Below are positions 55,616-64,000 of a DNA stretch of 64,000 bases, piece after piece; position 1 is the stretch's first letter; each line of letters starts with the position of its first letter. Source of the DNA: Candidatus Caldarchaeum sp. (lineage in GTDB: Archaea > Thermoproteota > Nitrososphaeria_A > Caldarchaeales > Caldarchaeaceae); NCBI GenBank assembly GCA_038885755.1, contig JAVZZH010000001.1, positions 160,001-224,000 on the forward strand. The letters run 5' to 3'. The position numbers and the translations under genes were made by a program. The notes beneath the pieces were generated by a model. It was not told the origin of the DNA. It searched no databases and was given only the letters and a program-made list of their open reading frames with translations.

Positions 55616-55972
55616 TTAGAGTAGTGGAAGGCTTCCCGTCACCTTGTCTATCTCCTCTTCCGGAGCAGGCCCTATACCAACCGCGGTAGCAGTCCCCGGA
55701 GGAAGCTCTGTAAGGCCCGCGTCCTCAACTATTTCGAAGGGGAGGCCTCTGACAGCGCATGCGGATGCAACCCGACGCAGCTCTTCCTCCGAACCTACCT
55801 TCAGCACGACTTTTTTCTGACCCCTGTCAAACCACTCCCTCACCCATTCAGGCTTTCTACGCCTAGCCGCCTCCAGAGCAAGCACGGCTGCATGGGAAGC
55901 CTGCGCCGCCGTCTTGCCCACGCTCATCCTGAGGTCGCTGCGTATCACCAACACCTGTTTAAATCCACGCAC
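55616..55972 (-). CDS. pth2: Peptidyl-tRNA hydrolase 2
   Basis: KQVLVIRSDLRMSVGK.AAQ..HA, GQKKVVLK, DAGLTE..PGT.T, VTG.L.LL. Confidence 0.95.
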   Translation of the reverse strand: MRGFKQVLVIRSDLRMSVGKTAAQASHAAVLALEAARRRKPEWVREWFDRGQKKVVLKVGSEEELRRVASACAVRGLPFEIVEDAGLTELPPGTATAVGIGPAPEEEIDKVTGSLPLL

Positions 55973-55988
55973 GGCGATCGATGTACAG

Positions 55989-56795
55989 ATGTTGGATAAA
56001 TACGTGAAAAAGCCCATAGTGGCGCTGTTGACCGACTACGGCTCAAAAGACACATACGTTTCAGAGGTGAAGGCGGTTATTCTGAAGCACAACCCCGACG
56101 CAGTTCTGGTGGACATAACTCACGAGGTCGAGTCTTTCAACACCCTCCAAGGAGCCTTCCTACTCAAAATTGCGGCCAAGACATTCCCCGACAACACGGC
56201 GTTCCTAGCCGTCGTCGACCCCGGGGTAGGCGGAGAACGGGACGCGGTCCTAGTCGAGACACTTAGGGGAAGAGTCTACACGGGGCCCGACACAGGATTG
56301 CTCTACCCGGCTGTCAGCGGTGAGGGTGTTTCAAGAGTTTGGAGGATAAGGAGCGAGACTCTGGAGAACGTCTCGCCTACCTTCCACGGCAGGGATGTCT
56401 TCGCCGAGGTTCTCGGCAGGTATCTGTCCGGCGGGGATTGGAGAAAGCATGTTGAGGAGAAGGAAGCTATGGTTGTCCTCAGCCTGCCCGAGCCTAAATG
56501 GTCTGGAGAAGGCTTGGAGGCGACAGTCATGCATCTGGACAAGTTCGGAAACGTCATCCTCAACATCTACGGCGGGCTTCCAGAAGGCTGGAGAGCAGTC
56601 GACATCTCAGCCGAAAGCAAAACCCTAGAGAGAGTTCCAACCGCCTCATACTATTCCCAAGTCTCCTCGGGCAAGCCTCTTCTTGTCGTGGGCGGGACGG
56701 GGTTTTTGGAGGTCTCGGTCAACAGGGGCAGCGCTGCGGAGATGCTTCAGGTGAAGCCGGGCGACAGAGTCATCCTCTTCAAAAGTCGTTTCTGA
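55989..56795 (+). CDS. SAM hydroxide adenosyltransferase (DUF62; chlorinase/fluorinase family)
   Basis: LLTDYG..D.YV, DITH, VVDPGVG, GPDTG, TFHGRDVF, DKFGN, GSAA. Confidence 0.92.
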   Translation: MLDKYVKKPIVALLTDYGSKDTYVSEVKAVILKHNPDAVLVDITHEVESFNTLQGAFLLKIAAKTFPDNTAFLAVVDPGVGGERDAVLVETLRGRVYTGPDTGLLYPAVSGEGVSRVWRIRSETLENVSPTFHGRDVFAEVLGRYLSGGDWRKHVEEKEAMVVLSLPEPKWSGEGLEATVMHLDKFGNVILNIYGGLPEGWRAVDISAESKTLERVPTASYYSQVSSGKPLLVVGGTGFLEVSVNRGSAAEMLQVKPGDRVILFKSRF

Positions 56796-57297
56796 GAAGA
56801 GATGAGAGACGCTTCTCGCAACCTATGCTGGAAAGATACTCGGCGGCCGCTGGATGAAGCCTGCTCCTCCAATCCCCGGCTTGGGCTATCAGCCTGCGTA
56901 TCTCAGTCCCCATCAGACGGCTGCGGTCGTAGAGGGGGACGGGCTCAACCTTGAAACCCTGCTCCTCGAAAAGAACCCTGACCAAGCTGTTGTTGCTGTA
57001 CACCGTCTGAAAATGAGGGCATATGGAGATGACTCTGGAGACCCAGAGCCTGTGCTCGCCGATGTCGGGGATGGGTATTATGAAGCACCGAGCCAAATCC
57101 ACACCCGCGCCTCTCAGGCTGCGGTAAATGACCTCTATTCTCTCGCCGGCCGTGAACGGGTTTTCGACCGTGTGGCTGTACTGCGCGCTTCCAACTCCCA
57201 CGATGCATTCATCCTCCCGCTCAAGAATGTAGTTGACTGCCTTGAGATGACCCATGTGGAAAGGCTGAAACCTGCCGATGAAAAGCCCCCTCTTCAT
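56779..57297 (-). CDS. nadM: NMN adenylyltransferase (archaeal NadM)
   Basis: IGRFQPFHMGH, GSAQ.SH...NPFTAGER, GTEIR. Confidence 0.95.
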   Translation of the reverse strand: MKRGLFIGRFQPFHMGHLKAVNYILEREDECIVGVGSAQYSHTVENPFTAGERIEVIYRSLRGAGVDLARCFIIPIPDIGEHRLWVSRVISICPHFQTVYSNNSLVRVLFEEQGFKVEPVPLYDRSRLMGTEIRRLIAQAGDWRSRLHPAAAEYLSSIGCEKRLSSLLRNDF

Positions 57298-57317
57298 CTC
57301 CGTCGAAACACATCAAC

Positions 57318-58400
57318 TCATATATTATTGTTGACGTGCGACGTTCCCTCGATAGTTATGACGGCCCTCTCGTTTATTCCTCCTTCGATTCTTGCCTTGC
57401 AGCCTGTCAACGCTTCGCAGACTTTTATGCTCGTGGCTGTGTGGCTTGTGAGCCTCGACACTTCATAAACCGACCTGCCGTCGGCAAGAGCAGAGTATAT
57501 CACCAGCATGTCGCCGAGATGCTTGTCGACGGGAGCTCCCCGGCTGAGCTCGTCCACCAGCTCGGCCGCAGCCTCCTCGCCAACCCTCTCCGCAGGAACT
57601 CCACGCTCGCCCAGCTTGTCAACTCCCAGAACCACGCCATCCTCGCAGACAGCCATCAAGAAGATGCCAGCACCCGGGTCGACGGCGCATCTCTCATCCC
57701 TCTCGTCGAGAACCTCCCTGCTTATCGAGACACGCCGATACCCCTTCGCCGCGAGATGCTTTTCGCAGGATGAAGCCATTCTCTCAGCGACGTGAGCTGG
57801 AAGCTTCGAAGTGTAGGCAAGCCCCATTATCTCCAAAATCCTAGGCCTGCCGACGAGGTTAAAAGCTGCGAGCTTCTTGACCGGCCGGACATAGCCTTCG
57901 ACGATTCCACCTCCACGCGGGTAGAAACCTCTCTTCAGCAGCTTGACGCCGGATTCTACGCCGGCATGGGCTATCGCGGGGATGAAAATTTTCTCAAAGT
58001 ATTCGATGGTTGGAGCGTTGGGGTTGTTTGTCCCTCCCCGGATGGTGAAGGTGCATGGTGTGGAGCCGAAGCAGAGGACGGGGAGCAGCGACTGTAGCAC
58101 GAGGGTTGTGCTGCCGGCCGTCCCAGTATCGAGGCTGAGGCTGGATGCCTTGATTTTTCCCGGGCTGAAACGCAGCTCCGTTGACCCTATCTCAGCTCCC
58201 TGCAGCTTGCCCGAGCAGGCCATGCTCACCGCTTTCACGGCCGTTAGATGCTGGTGTCGGAGACCCGGGTTCTGCCTCTTCTTCCTGATGTTGTATACGT
58301 GCAGCTGCTTCCCCAAAATGGCCGAAAGGGCGACAGCAACACGGAGAACCTGCCCACCACCCTCCCCGACCGAGCCGTCTAGGCTTAAAAACTCCTCCAT
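57318..58400 (-). CDS. rtcA: RNA 3'-terminal phosphate cyclase
   Basis: DGSVGEGGGQ.LR, PGL..QH, TAGS..L..Q, GGT, RGFYPRGGG, DKHLGD (catalytic His), TSH. Confidence 0.95.
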   Translation of the reverse strand: MEEFLSLDGSVGEGGGQVLRVAVALSAILGKQLHVYNIRKKRQNPGLRHQHLTAVKAVSMACSGKLQGAEIGSTELRFSPGKIKASSLSLDTGTAGSTTLVLQSLLPVLCFGSTPCTFTIRGGTNNPNAPTIEYFEKIFIPAIAHAGVESGVKLLKRGFYPRGGGIVEGYVRPVKKLAAFNLVGRPRILEIMGLAYTSKLPAHVAERMASSCEKHLAAKGYRRVSISREVLDERDERCAVDPGAGIFLMAVCEDGVVLGVDKLGERGVPAERVGEEAAAELVDELSRGAPVDKHLGDMLVIYSALADGRSVYEVSRLTSHTATSIKVCEALTGCKARIEGGINERAVITIEGTSHVNNNI

Positions 58401-58492
58401 CCCCCACAGCATACTCAAGCCTCGCTTTTTATGGATTGGCGTGCTAACAGTTAATTAATGGGAGAAACAGACCTAACTCAAGGGTTCGAGAG

Positions 58493-59098
58493 TTGGCAGC
58501 ACCTCTATACTATCCGGGAGCAACGACCGTGGGGATAAGAGGCAGGGATTGCGTCGCCATAGCTGCTGAGAAAAGGTTCGCATACGGCTACTTTGTGATG
58601 TCCAAGCAGGCTCGAAAAGTCTTCAAGATTACCAACAAAGTCGGAGCAGCCTGCGCCGGAGTTGTAGCCGACATGCAGAACCTGATCAAGGAGGTCACGG
58701 CCATGGTAAACCTTTACAGGCTCGAGCAAAACTTGGAGCCTAGCGTGAAGACCGTAGCAAAAATCCTTTCATGGAACCTCTTCGGAAACAGGTTCTTCCC
58801 TTACTTCATGGAGACGATCGTCGGAGGAGTTGACACGGCGGGGCCTCATGTGATAGTTCTCGACCCCCTAGGCTCGATGATTGAGGATGATTATGCGGTC
58901 GTGGGTACGGGTGCCGAGGTCGCGGTGGGCGTCATCGAGAACCTTTACAGAAGGGACATGGGGCCGTCGGAGGTTTACGACCTGGCCACGAGAGCGATCA
59001 AGGCGTCCATCGCCAGGGATGCTGGCAGCGGGAACGGCATAGACATCCTGCTCTACACCGCTTCCGGGCTTGCAGCCGAGGACACTATAACCGTCTAG
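58493..59098 (+). CDS. psmB: Proteasome beta subunit (Thr1 replaced by Ala; probably non-catalytic)
   Basis: PGATTVG, AAEKR, RKVFKI, GVVAD.Q, DPLGS, GTG, RDAGSG.GID. Confidence 0.92.
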   Translation: MAAPLYYPGATTVGIRGRDCVAIAAEKRFAYGYFVMSKQARKVFKITNKVGAACAGVVADMQNLIKEVTAMVNLYRLEQNLEPSVKTVAKILSWNLFGNRFFPYFMETIVGGVDTAGPHVIVLDPLGSMIEDDYAVVGTGAEVAVGVIENLYRRDMGPSEVYDLATRAIKASIARDAGSGNGIDILLYTASGLAAEDTITV

Positions 59099-59135
59099 AA
59101 TATTTAAATTGTCGTTATAGAAAATCAGCCTGAGG

Positions 59136-59867
59136 TTGTGGAATCTCTCGCTGAGGGAGAGGGTTCTGATTTACCTAGCCGAGAGAGGAGCTATCACAAA
59201 CAGTCTCAAGATAACAACTCCTATTATATCAAAGCAGTTTGGCACTTCGCAGCAGTCCGCATCCAGGCTGCTCATCATCTTGGAGAGGGAGGGGTTGATA
59301 GAGAGAAGGGTTGTTGGCAGAACAAGCTACGTTAAAATGACTCAGAAAGGCGTTTCTAGGCTTCTCGACCTTTACCTAGCTCTCAAGATGATTTTTGAGA
59401 AACCTGTTAAAATAGTCCTTGAGGGGCGGGTCTTCTCCGGCTACGGCGAGGGCTCGTACTACATGAGCCTTCCAGGCTACGTCCAGCAGATGATTGAAAA
59501 GCTCGGCTTCATACCGTACCCGGGGACGTTGAACGTCTTGCTTCTGTCGAAGGACTCCATCGAGAACAAGCTGTTCCTGCAGAAGAACGCCGACATCGAG
59601 TTCAGCGGGTTCAAGGACGAGCGGCGGACCTACGGCTCAGTCAAGGCCATAAAGGTTTTGATAAACGAGTCGGAGCCCGCGGTGATGGTCTTCCCGGAGA
59701 GGACTCTGTACGACAGCTCCGTCGCCGAGCTGGTTGCGCCGGAAAACTTGAGGAGCAAGCTGGGGCTGAGCGACGGCTCGCTCGTGAGGATCTCGGCAAC
59801 GCTTTCGCCGAAGATGTTTTACGAAGGTTTCAAGCCAAGCACGTCGTTAACGTTTTCGCCGAGCTAG
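59136..59867 (+). CDS. ribK: HTH-fused CTP-dependent riboflavin kinase (RbkR type)
   Basis: SQQSASR.L..LE..G.I.R HTH; GRVFSGYGEG.YY, GF.PYPGTLN, P.RT, LR..L.L.DG. Confidence 0.93.
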   Translation: MWNLSLRERVLIYLAERGAITNSLKITTPIISKQFGTSQQSASRLLIILEREGLIERRVVGRTSYVKMTQKGVSRLLDLYLALKMIFEKPVKIVLEGRVFSGYGEGSYYMSLPGYVQQMIEKLGFIPYPGTLNVLLLSKDSIENKLFLQKNADIEFSGFKDERRTYGSVKAIKVLINESEPAVMVFPERTLYDSSVAELVAPENLRSKLGLSDGSLVRISATLSPKMFYEGFKPSTSLTFSPS

Positions 59868-60293
59868 TATCCTTCTGATCACGTCGCTGCTGCTCATGGG
59901 GTTGACACGATAACGCCTCAACGTAGCCACCCTAACCCTCAAACCCTTCGACCTGCAGTACTCAAGGAATTGCTTCTTGATCTTCTGCTGGTCGTAGCCG
60001 AAAGCAACTATGTCGGGCTTCACCCTCCTCATCACCTTGTCGAAGGAGAGAGGGTCGTATCCGACTATGGCTTCGTCGACCGGTTTCAGGTTTTTAATCA
60101 TCTTCATACGCTCGCTGGCAGGGAATATCGGGCGTCGCCGCTTGTTCCTCCAGACTGTTTTGTCGGAGGCTATCAGCACAACTAGCTTGGACCTTCTCCC
60201 GCCAAGCTTCTTGGCGTCGTTGAGCATCTTCATGTGGCCTAGGTGAAGGATGTCGAAAGCCCCCGTGGTCAGCACGACCTTCGCCCTCACCAC
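59847..60293 (-). CDS. ribL: Archaeal FAD synthase (cytidylyltransferase-like)
   Basis: TGAFDILHLGH, ER, PDIVAFGYDQ, SSS. Confidence 0.82.
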   Translation of the reverse strand: MVRAKVVLTTGAFDILHLGHMKMLNDAKKLGGRRSKLVVLIASDKTVWRNKRRRPIFPASERMKMIKNLKPVDEAIVGYDPLSFDKVMRRVKPDIVAFGYDQQKIKKQFLEYCRSKGLRVRVATLRRYRVNPMSSSDVIRRILARRKR

Positions 60294-61306
60294 TCGAAAT
60301 CCACCTCCCCCCTGAGCCTCAGGGCGTCGAGAAGACCCTCGGCGTAGCCGACTGATAGCAGAGCGTTCACAAGGTCTCCGGACTCCATGAATTTCTCCGC
60401 ATCCTCCACGTAGCAGTTCACGTAATTAACATATTGCTTGAGATGCTCAACCCCTCTAGATTTCGCGATGAACTGCCTGCATTTATCCAAGTAAGCAGAA
60501 ACCCTGTCGGCCACGGGGTTTGGCGGGACCGTTCTCTCCACGGTCTCCGGGTTCAAGGCGTAAGTCTTGACGACTTCCTTCTCTGAAAAATGCAGGGCAG
60601 AGGGTATTATCAGGCAGTGGGGTGGAGGTGGATAACTCTCCGCGAGAAGCTCCTCCACCCGTCCCGCTTTAACGACTTGGTCTGAATGACCCACCCGGGC
60701 CAAGGCTATCGCCAAGGTCTTCTCGTCGACCACTCGCCTCCCCATCCTCTCGGCGGCTTGCATGAGTTTATCCAAACCATCGTCAACTCTGAGACCTCCC
60801 TCAGAGGTGTCGAGTAGGAGGAGTGTGTGGGCTTGCCTGGACAGGTTCTCCTCCAGTATTTTGACAGGCTGGGTGTAAAGAGCTGGGTCTTCAGTCTTCG
60901 GGAGGGTTGCTGTTTTACCGAATTTGTACACGTGCAGGCCTGATAGGCTGATGGCCGCGGAGATTATCGAGACGCCGTTGACAACCTCCACCTTCACTCC
61001 CTTCCGGGCCGCTATCTCCATCATCGCCGAATGTGTCGTCGCTATGAAGGGGTCGCCGGGAGCTAGGACGCCGACAACCTTCATCCTCGCTTCAGCTACT
61101 ACCTTGTGGGCCTCTTCCTCCAGCATCCTCCTGTAGGATTTGACCAAAGACTTGGCCAAACCCTCCACATACTCCAGCGTCCGCTCATCCCAGAAGCTCG
61201 TGTAGCAGTCGACGTACACAACCTCGCACCTCTTCAAAGCCTCCACAGCTCCCAGCGTGAGGGAGCTTGGAGGGCCCAGACCGCCTCCGATAAAGACCAG
61301 CGTCAT
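60287..61306 (-). CDS. dph5: Diphthine synthase fused to C-terminal DUF357
   Basis: IGGGLG, YTS, GDPFIATTH, GLHVYKFGKTAT, HTLLLLD, PPHCLIIP..LH..E; tail Y.EDA..F...GD.V.AL....YAEG.LDA. Confidence 0.93.
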   Translation of the reverse strand: MTLVFIGGGLGPPSSLTLGAVEALKRCEVVYVDCYTSFWDERTLEYVEGLAKSLVKSYRRMLEEEAHKVVAEARMKVVGVLAPGDPFIATTHSAMMEIAARKGVKVEVVNGVSIISAAISLSGLHVYKFGKTATLPKTEDPALYTQPVKILEENLSRQAHTLLLLDTSEGGLRVDDGLDKLMQAAERMGRRVVDEKTLAIALARVGHSDQVVKAGRVEELLAESYPPPPHCLIIPSALHFSEKEVVKTYALNPETVERTVPPNPVADRVSAYLDKCRQFIAKSRGVEHLKQYVNYVNCYVEDAEKFMESGDLVNALLSVGYAEGLLDALRLRGEVDFEW

Positions 61307-61348
61307 CTCGCTCGACGTTATATTTCGCTGGCTTATAGGGGATTGGGT

Positions 61349-62395
61349 TTGAAGGCGGTTGTTCTTGCGGCCGGGTTCGGGAAGAGGCTACGGCCCTTGA
61401 CAGTCAACAGGCCTAAGCATGTTCTTCCTCTTGCTGGGAAGCCGCTAATCGCTAGGACGGTCGAGGCTTTGGTCGACTCGGGTGTTGACGAGGTTGGCGT
61501 CCTAGTTGGCTACCGTTCTGAGCTGGTAGCCGAGGCCTTGAGAGAAATAGGCCAAAACCGTGTGAAGTACATCGTGCAGAAGAACATAGCTGGAACGGGT
61601 GCTGCTGTGATGGAGTGTAGGAGTTTCTTGGCCGGGCAGGAGAGTTTCCTAGTCGTTTACGGAGACCTGACCCTCGACGCTGATGCTTTGAAGGAGTTTT
61701 TGAGCTTCTTCCACGGGGCAGGCTGGGACGGAGCCGTCGCTGCCGTCGAGGTCGGGGAAACAGGAGCCTACGGAGTTGTCGAGGCTCGAAACTCTCTACT
61801 CGTCAGGATAAGGGAGAAGGAGGATTTTATGGGGCCTGTGAACGCCGGTGTCTACGTGCTGGGGAGCTACGTCTTCGAAGCTCTCGAGAGGGTTGGTCCA
61901 TCCCCGCGTGGGGAGGTCGAGCTGACGGACGCCCTCAACCTCCTAGCTTCCTCCGGCAGGAGGATAGGAGTCAAGCTGTTCGAGGCGGGGTGGTGGTATG
62001 ACATAGGCAGGCCCTCTGACTATCTTGCCGCCAACCACTTCTATCTCAGAAGAATCTACGGCGAAGGTGTGTTTCTCGAGGGCGGTGTCGAGATAGGGGG
62101 CGGGACCTCCGTCAGAGGCCCTGTATACTTGGGGAGGAATGTCAAGGTCGGGGGCTCGTGCGTGCTGGAGGGGCCTGCGATGGTCTGCGACAATACGACG
62201 ATCATGGCTGGAAGCCATGTGAGGAGAAGCATCATCCTAGAGAATTGCGTGGTCGGGCCTGAAAGCAGAGTCGTTGACAGCATCCTGTGCGAGGGTTCAG
62301 CCTTTCCGAAGGGGTTGGAGGTTGCTTCGGGCAAGTTCCCCGCCTACGTCAGCGAGCCCGGGCTCGTCGCCGAAGACAGGCTCAGGGTTGTATGA
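61349..62395 (+). CDS. Sugar-phosphate nucleotidyltransferase (G1P thymidylyltransferase/GlmU-like)
   Basis: KAVVLAAGFGKRLRPLT..RPK, GT, YGD, EK, SPRGE.ELTD, W.DIG; hexapeptide-repeat tail. Confidence 0.92.
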   Translation: MKAVVLAAGFGKRLRPLTVNRPKHVLPLAGKPLIARTVEALVDSGVDEVGVLVGYRSELVAEALREIGQNRVKYIVQKNIAGTGAAVMECRSFLAGQESFLVVYGDLTLDADALKEFLSFFHGAGWDGAVAAVEVGETGAYGVVEARNSLLVRIREKEDFMGPVNAGVYVLGSYVFEALERVGPSPRGEVELTDALNLLASSGRRIGVKLFEAGWWYDIGRPSDYLAANHFYLRRIYGEGVFLEGGVEIGGGTSVRGPVYLGRNVKVGGSCVLEGPAMVCDNTTIMAGSHVRRSIILENCVVGPESRVVDSILCEGSAFPKGLEVASGKFPAYVSEPGLVAEDRLRVV

Positions 62396-62972
62396 GACCG
62401 CTTCTCAGCATGCTCCGCGCAACTAGCTTTGCCACACGCACAGGCTCGGGATAGCGGCCGCTCAGCGTGAACTTGTTGATGAGACGCACAGCCTCGTCAA
62501 GCTCGACGCCGAAGCACCTCACGTACAGGCTGTACCCCGTCTTCAAAACTACTCTAAAACGCTCCCCGTTCCCCCTGTGTATTTCAAGCCTCCTACTCCA
62601 GTCGTCTGGAAAACGACGGATAAACACGTCGTCCAGCCCCTCTGAGTCTCTGTAGCTTATGCAGACCAGCGGCGTGGCCGTTGTTCGAAAAACTTTCGGA
62701 AGGTCCACGACGTTGAACCAGCTGATGACGCTTCCTCCCAGCATGATGAAGTTGACGTCCTCACGCCCGAGGTTGCGCCAGACAGATATTATCGAGTCGG
62801 TTGAGTCAAGCCCTCCGACGCTGCAAGCGGCTACCCCGACGCCGTCGATGAGAAGGTCTGAACGCATGACCACGCCGGCGATGACCGCCTTAGACCCAGC
62901 TTCCTTCCTGAAGCTTTCAGCGACTCCCAAGCACCTTATTCCTTTCTTACCTACGTTAACCGTCTTCGGCAA
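62382..62972 (-). CDS. DUF99 family protein (endonuclease V-like)
   Basis: R.LGVAESF, GVVMRSD..IDG, GGLDST, FNVVD, PEPVRVA. Start uncertain. Confidence 0.85.
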   Translation of the reverse strand: MPKTVNVGKKGIRCLGVAESFRKEAGSKAVIAGVVMRSDLLIDGVGVAACSVGGLDSTDSIISVWRNLGREDVNFIMLGGSVISWFNVVDLPKVFRTTATPLVCISYRDSEGLDDVFIRRFPDDWSRRLEIHRGNGERFRVVLKTGYSLYVRCFGVELDEAVRLINKFTLSGRYPEPVRVAKLVARSMLRSGLIQP

Positions 62973-63915
62973 GAGCCTCCACAACCGCCTTCCAAGCACG
63001 CGCCACGTTGTCCGGGTTGTACCCGCCCCCACCCAAGCCCAAGATCCTGCCGCCGCATTTTTTGCCCGCCAGAGACTTGAGAGACCTTGCCGCGTGTCTG
63101 TGCGCCTCCGGCGAGTACTGAAGAGTTGTCAGAGGGTCGCCTCTCAAGCCGTCAGCCCCCGACTGCAGCAGGAGAAAGTCGAACTCGAATTTCTCCAGAA
63201 ACTTCATAATCTCTTCGAAGGCTTTGATAAATTCGTCGTCTCCCGAGAAGGGCATCAGAGGGATGTTGAGCTTTGTTCCCCGGGCCTTCCCCTCGCCCGT
63301 CTCGTTGCGGAAGCCTGTTCCCGGGTAAAGGGTTCGGCCGTCTTGATGAATGTCGGCGAAGATTACTCTTTCGTCGCTGTAAAAGTCGTAGCAGACTCCG
63401 TCGCCGTGATGGGCATCGATGTCGACGTAGGCTACGCTGTTTATTCCATCCGTCCTGAGAAGGTACTCGATGGCCACGGCTGCGTCGTTGAATATGCAGA
63501 ACCCTCCAGCCCTGTCTCTCCGGGCGTGGTGAAGTCCTCCCATAGGGTTGAAGCCTGCTCGATATCTTCCACTCAAAACTCCCCTGAGAAGCGTTAGCGT
63601 GGTTCCGACAACGTAGGACGCCGCCTCGAAGCATCCGGGGAAGGCGGGCGTGTCGCCGTAGTCGAGATACCCGTGCCCGTGCCTGCATCTCTCCTCCACA
63701 TACTTGACATAGCTGGTTGTGTGGAAAAGCTCTATCTCAGAGACATCCGCCATGGCCGGCTTGACGAACTCGATTCTGCTCAACAAAGGCTGGTCTTTCT
63801 CCAAGAGCTCGTAGAACCTTTCGAGCCTTGTCCTGTTGAGTGGATGTGGGTCTGGGAAGCTGTAGAGAAAGAGCTCCTCCCCCTTGGCCACGGCAACGGA
63901 CGACATTCTCCTCAT
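62956..63915 (-). CDS. Histone deacetylase-family / AcuC-like deacetylase
   Basis: HPL...R, DYGDTP, GGLHHA, GFCIFND, DIDAHHGDG, YPGTG, GADG..GDPL, GGGGY. Confidence 0.95.
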   Translation of the reverse strand: MRRMSSVAVAKGEELFLYSFPDPHPLNRTRLERFYELLEKDQPLLSRIEFVKPAMADVSEIELFHTTSYVKYVEERCRHGHGYLDYGDTPAFPGCFEAASYVVGTTLTLLRGVLSGRYRAGFNPMGGLHHARRDRAGGFCIFNDAAVAIEYLLRTDGINSVAYVDIDAHHGDGVCYDFYSDERVIFADIHQDGRTLYPGTGFRNETGEGKARGTKLNIPLMPFSGDDEFIKAFEEIMKFLEKFEFDFLLLQSGADGLRGDPLTTLQYSPEAHRHAARSLKSLAGKKCGGRILGLGGGGYNPDNVARAWKAVVEALAEDG

Positions 63916-63969
63916 AGAAAGCAGTCTGTGCGACGGATTTATACTTCCCCCGCATGGTTTTTCAAGGGC

Positions 63970-64000
63970 TTGAGCCGAGTGGTGCTCTTCCTCGACCTCG
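63970..64000 (+). CDS. 5' end of a gene cut by the window edge, possibly DinB/Dpo4 (Y-family polymerase)
   Basis: TTG-SRVVLFLDL(D) ~27 nt after TTTATA; only 10 codons visible, so a HAD-type start is also possible. Confidence 0.25.
   Translation, partial: MSRVVLFLDL

Noticed and set aside
62659-63597. 312-aa plus-strand ORF, and similar long antisense ORFs throughout the window
   Set aside because: These are shadow frames opposite well-supported genes (here the deacetylase and DUF99) and carry no motifs.
1-64000. CRISPR array, rRNA, integrase or provirus
   Set aside because: No regularly spaced repeats, rRNA-like sequence, tyrosine recombinase or duplicated tRNA 3' end (att site) seen. The only duplicated tRNA sequence is between the two complete Arg genes.

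Overview
Archaeal genomic window. Gene content points to a TACK-group thermophile, most plausibly Aigarchaeota/Caldarchaeales (inference from PolB1, ESCRT-III, TopoVI-B, proteasome beta, Dph5, archaeal LeuRS and BHB-type tRNA introns). It has two parts. (1) About 1-15.9 kb is an accessory, decaying region. It holds many pseudogene fragments, IS6 remnants, a putative IS110-like remnant and an apparent 2.1 kb inversion (202-2317) whose reversal rejoins two broken genes. It also holds an intact class-III aminotransferase plus CoA-acylating semialdehyde dehydrogenase pair, and an ECF transporter facing away from a polyol dehydrogenase / FGGY kinase, with a DhnA aldolase downstream. (2) About 15.9-64 kb is mostly housekeeping genes and six tRNAs, three of them with introns at non-canonical positions. 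Best candidates for undescribed biology: the ECF-linked sugar-alcohol catabolic module; three paralogous beta-beta-alpha + wHTH proteins beside a NurA-HerA-OGG-RsmB operon with no adjacent Mre11/Rad50; a GT-C/TIM-barrel fusion; and a Rieske protein with an unknown C-terminal domain. All calls come from reading motifs by eye; no searches were run.
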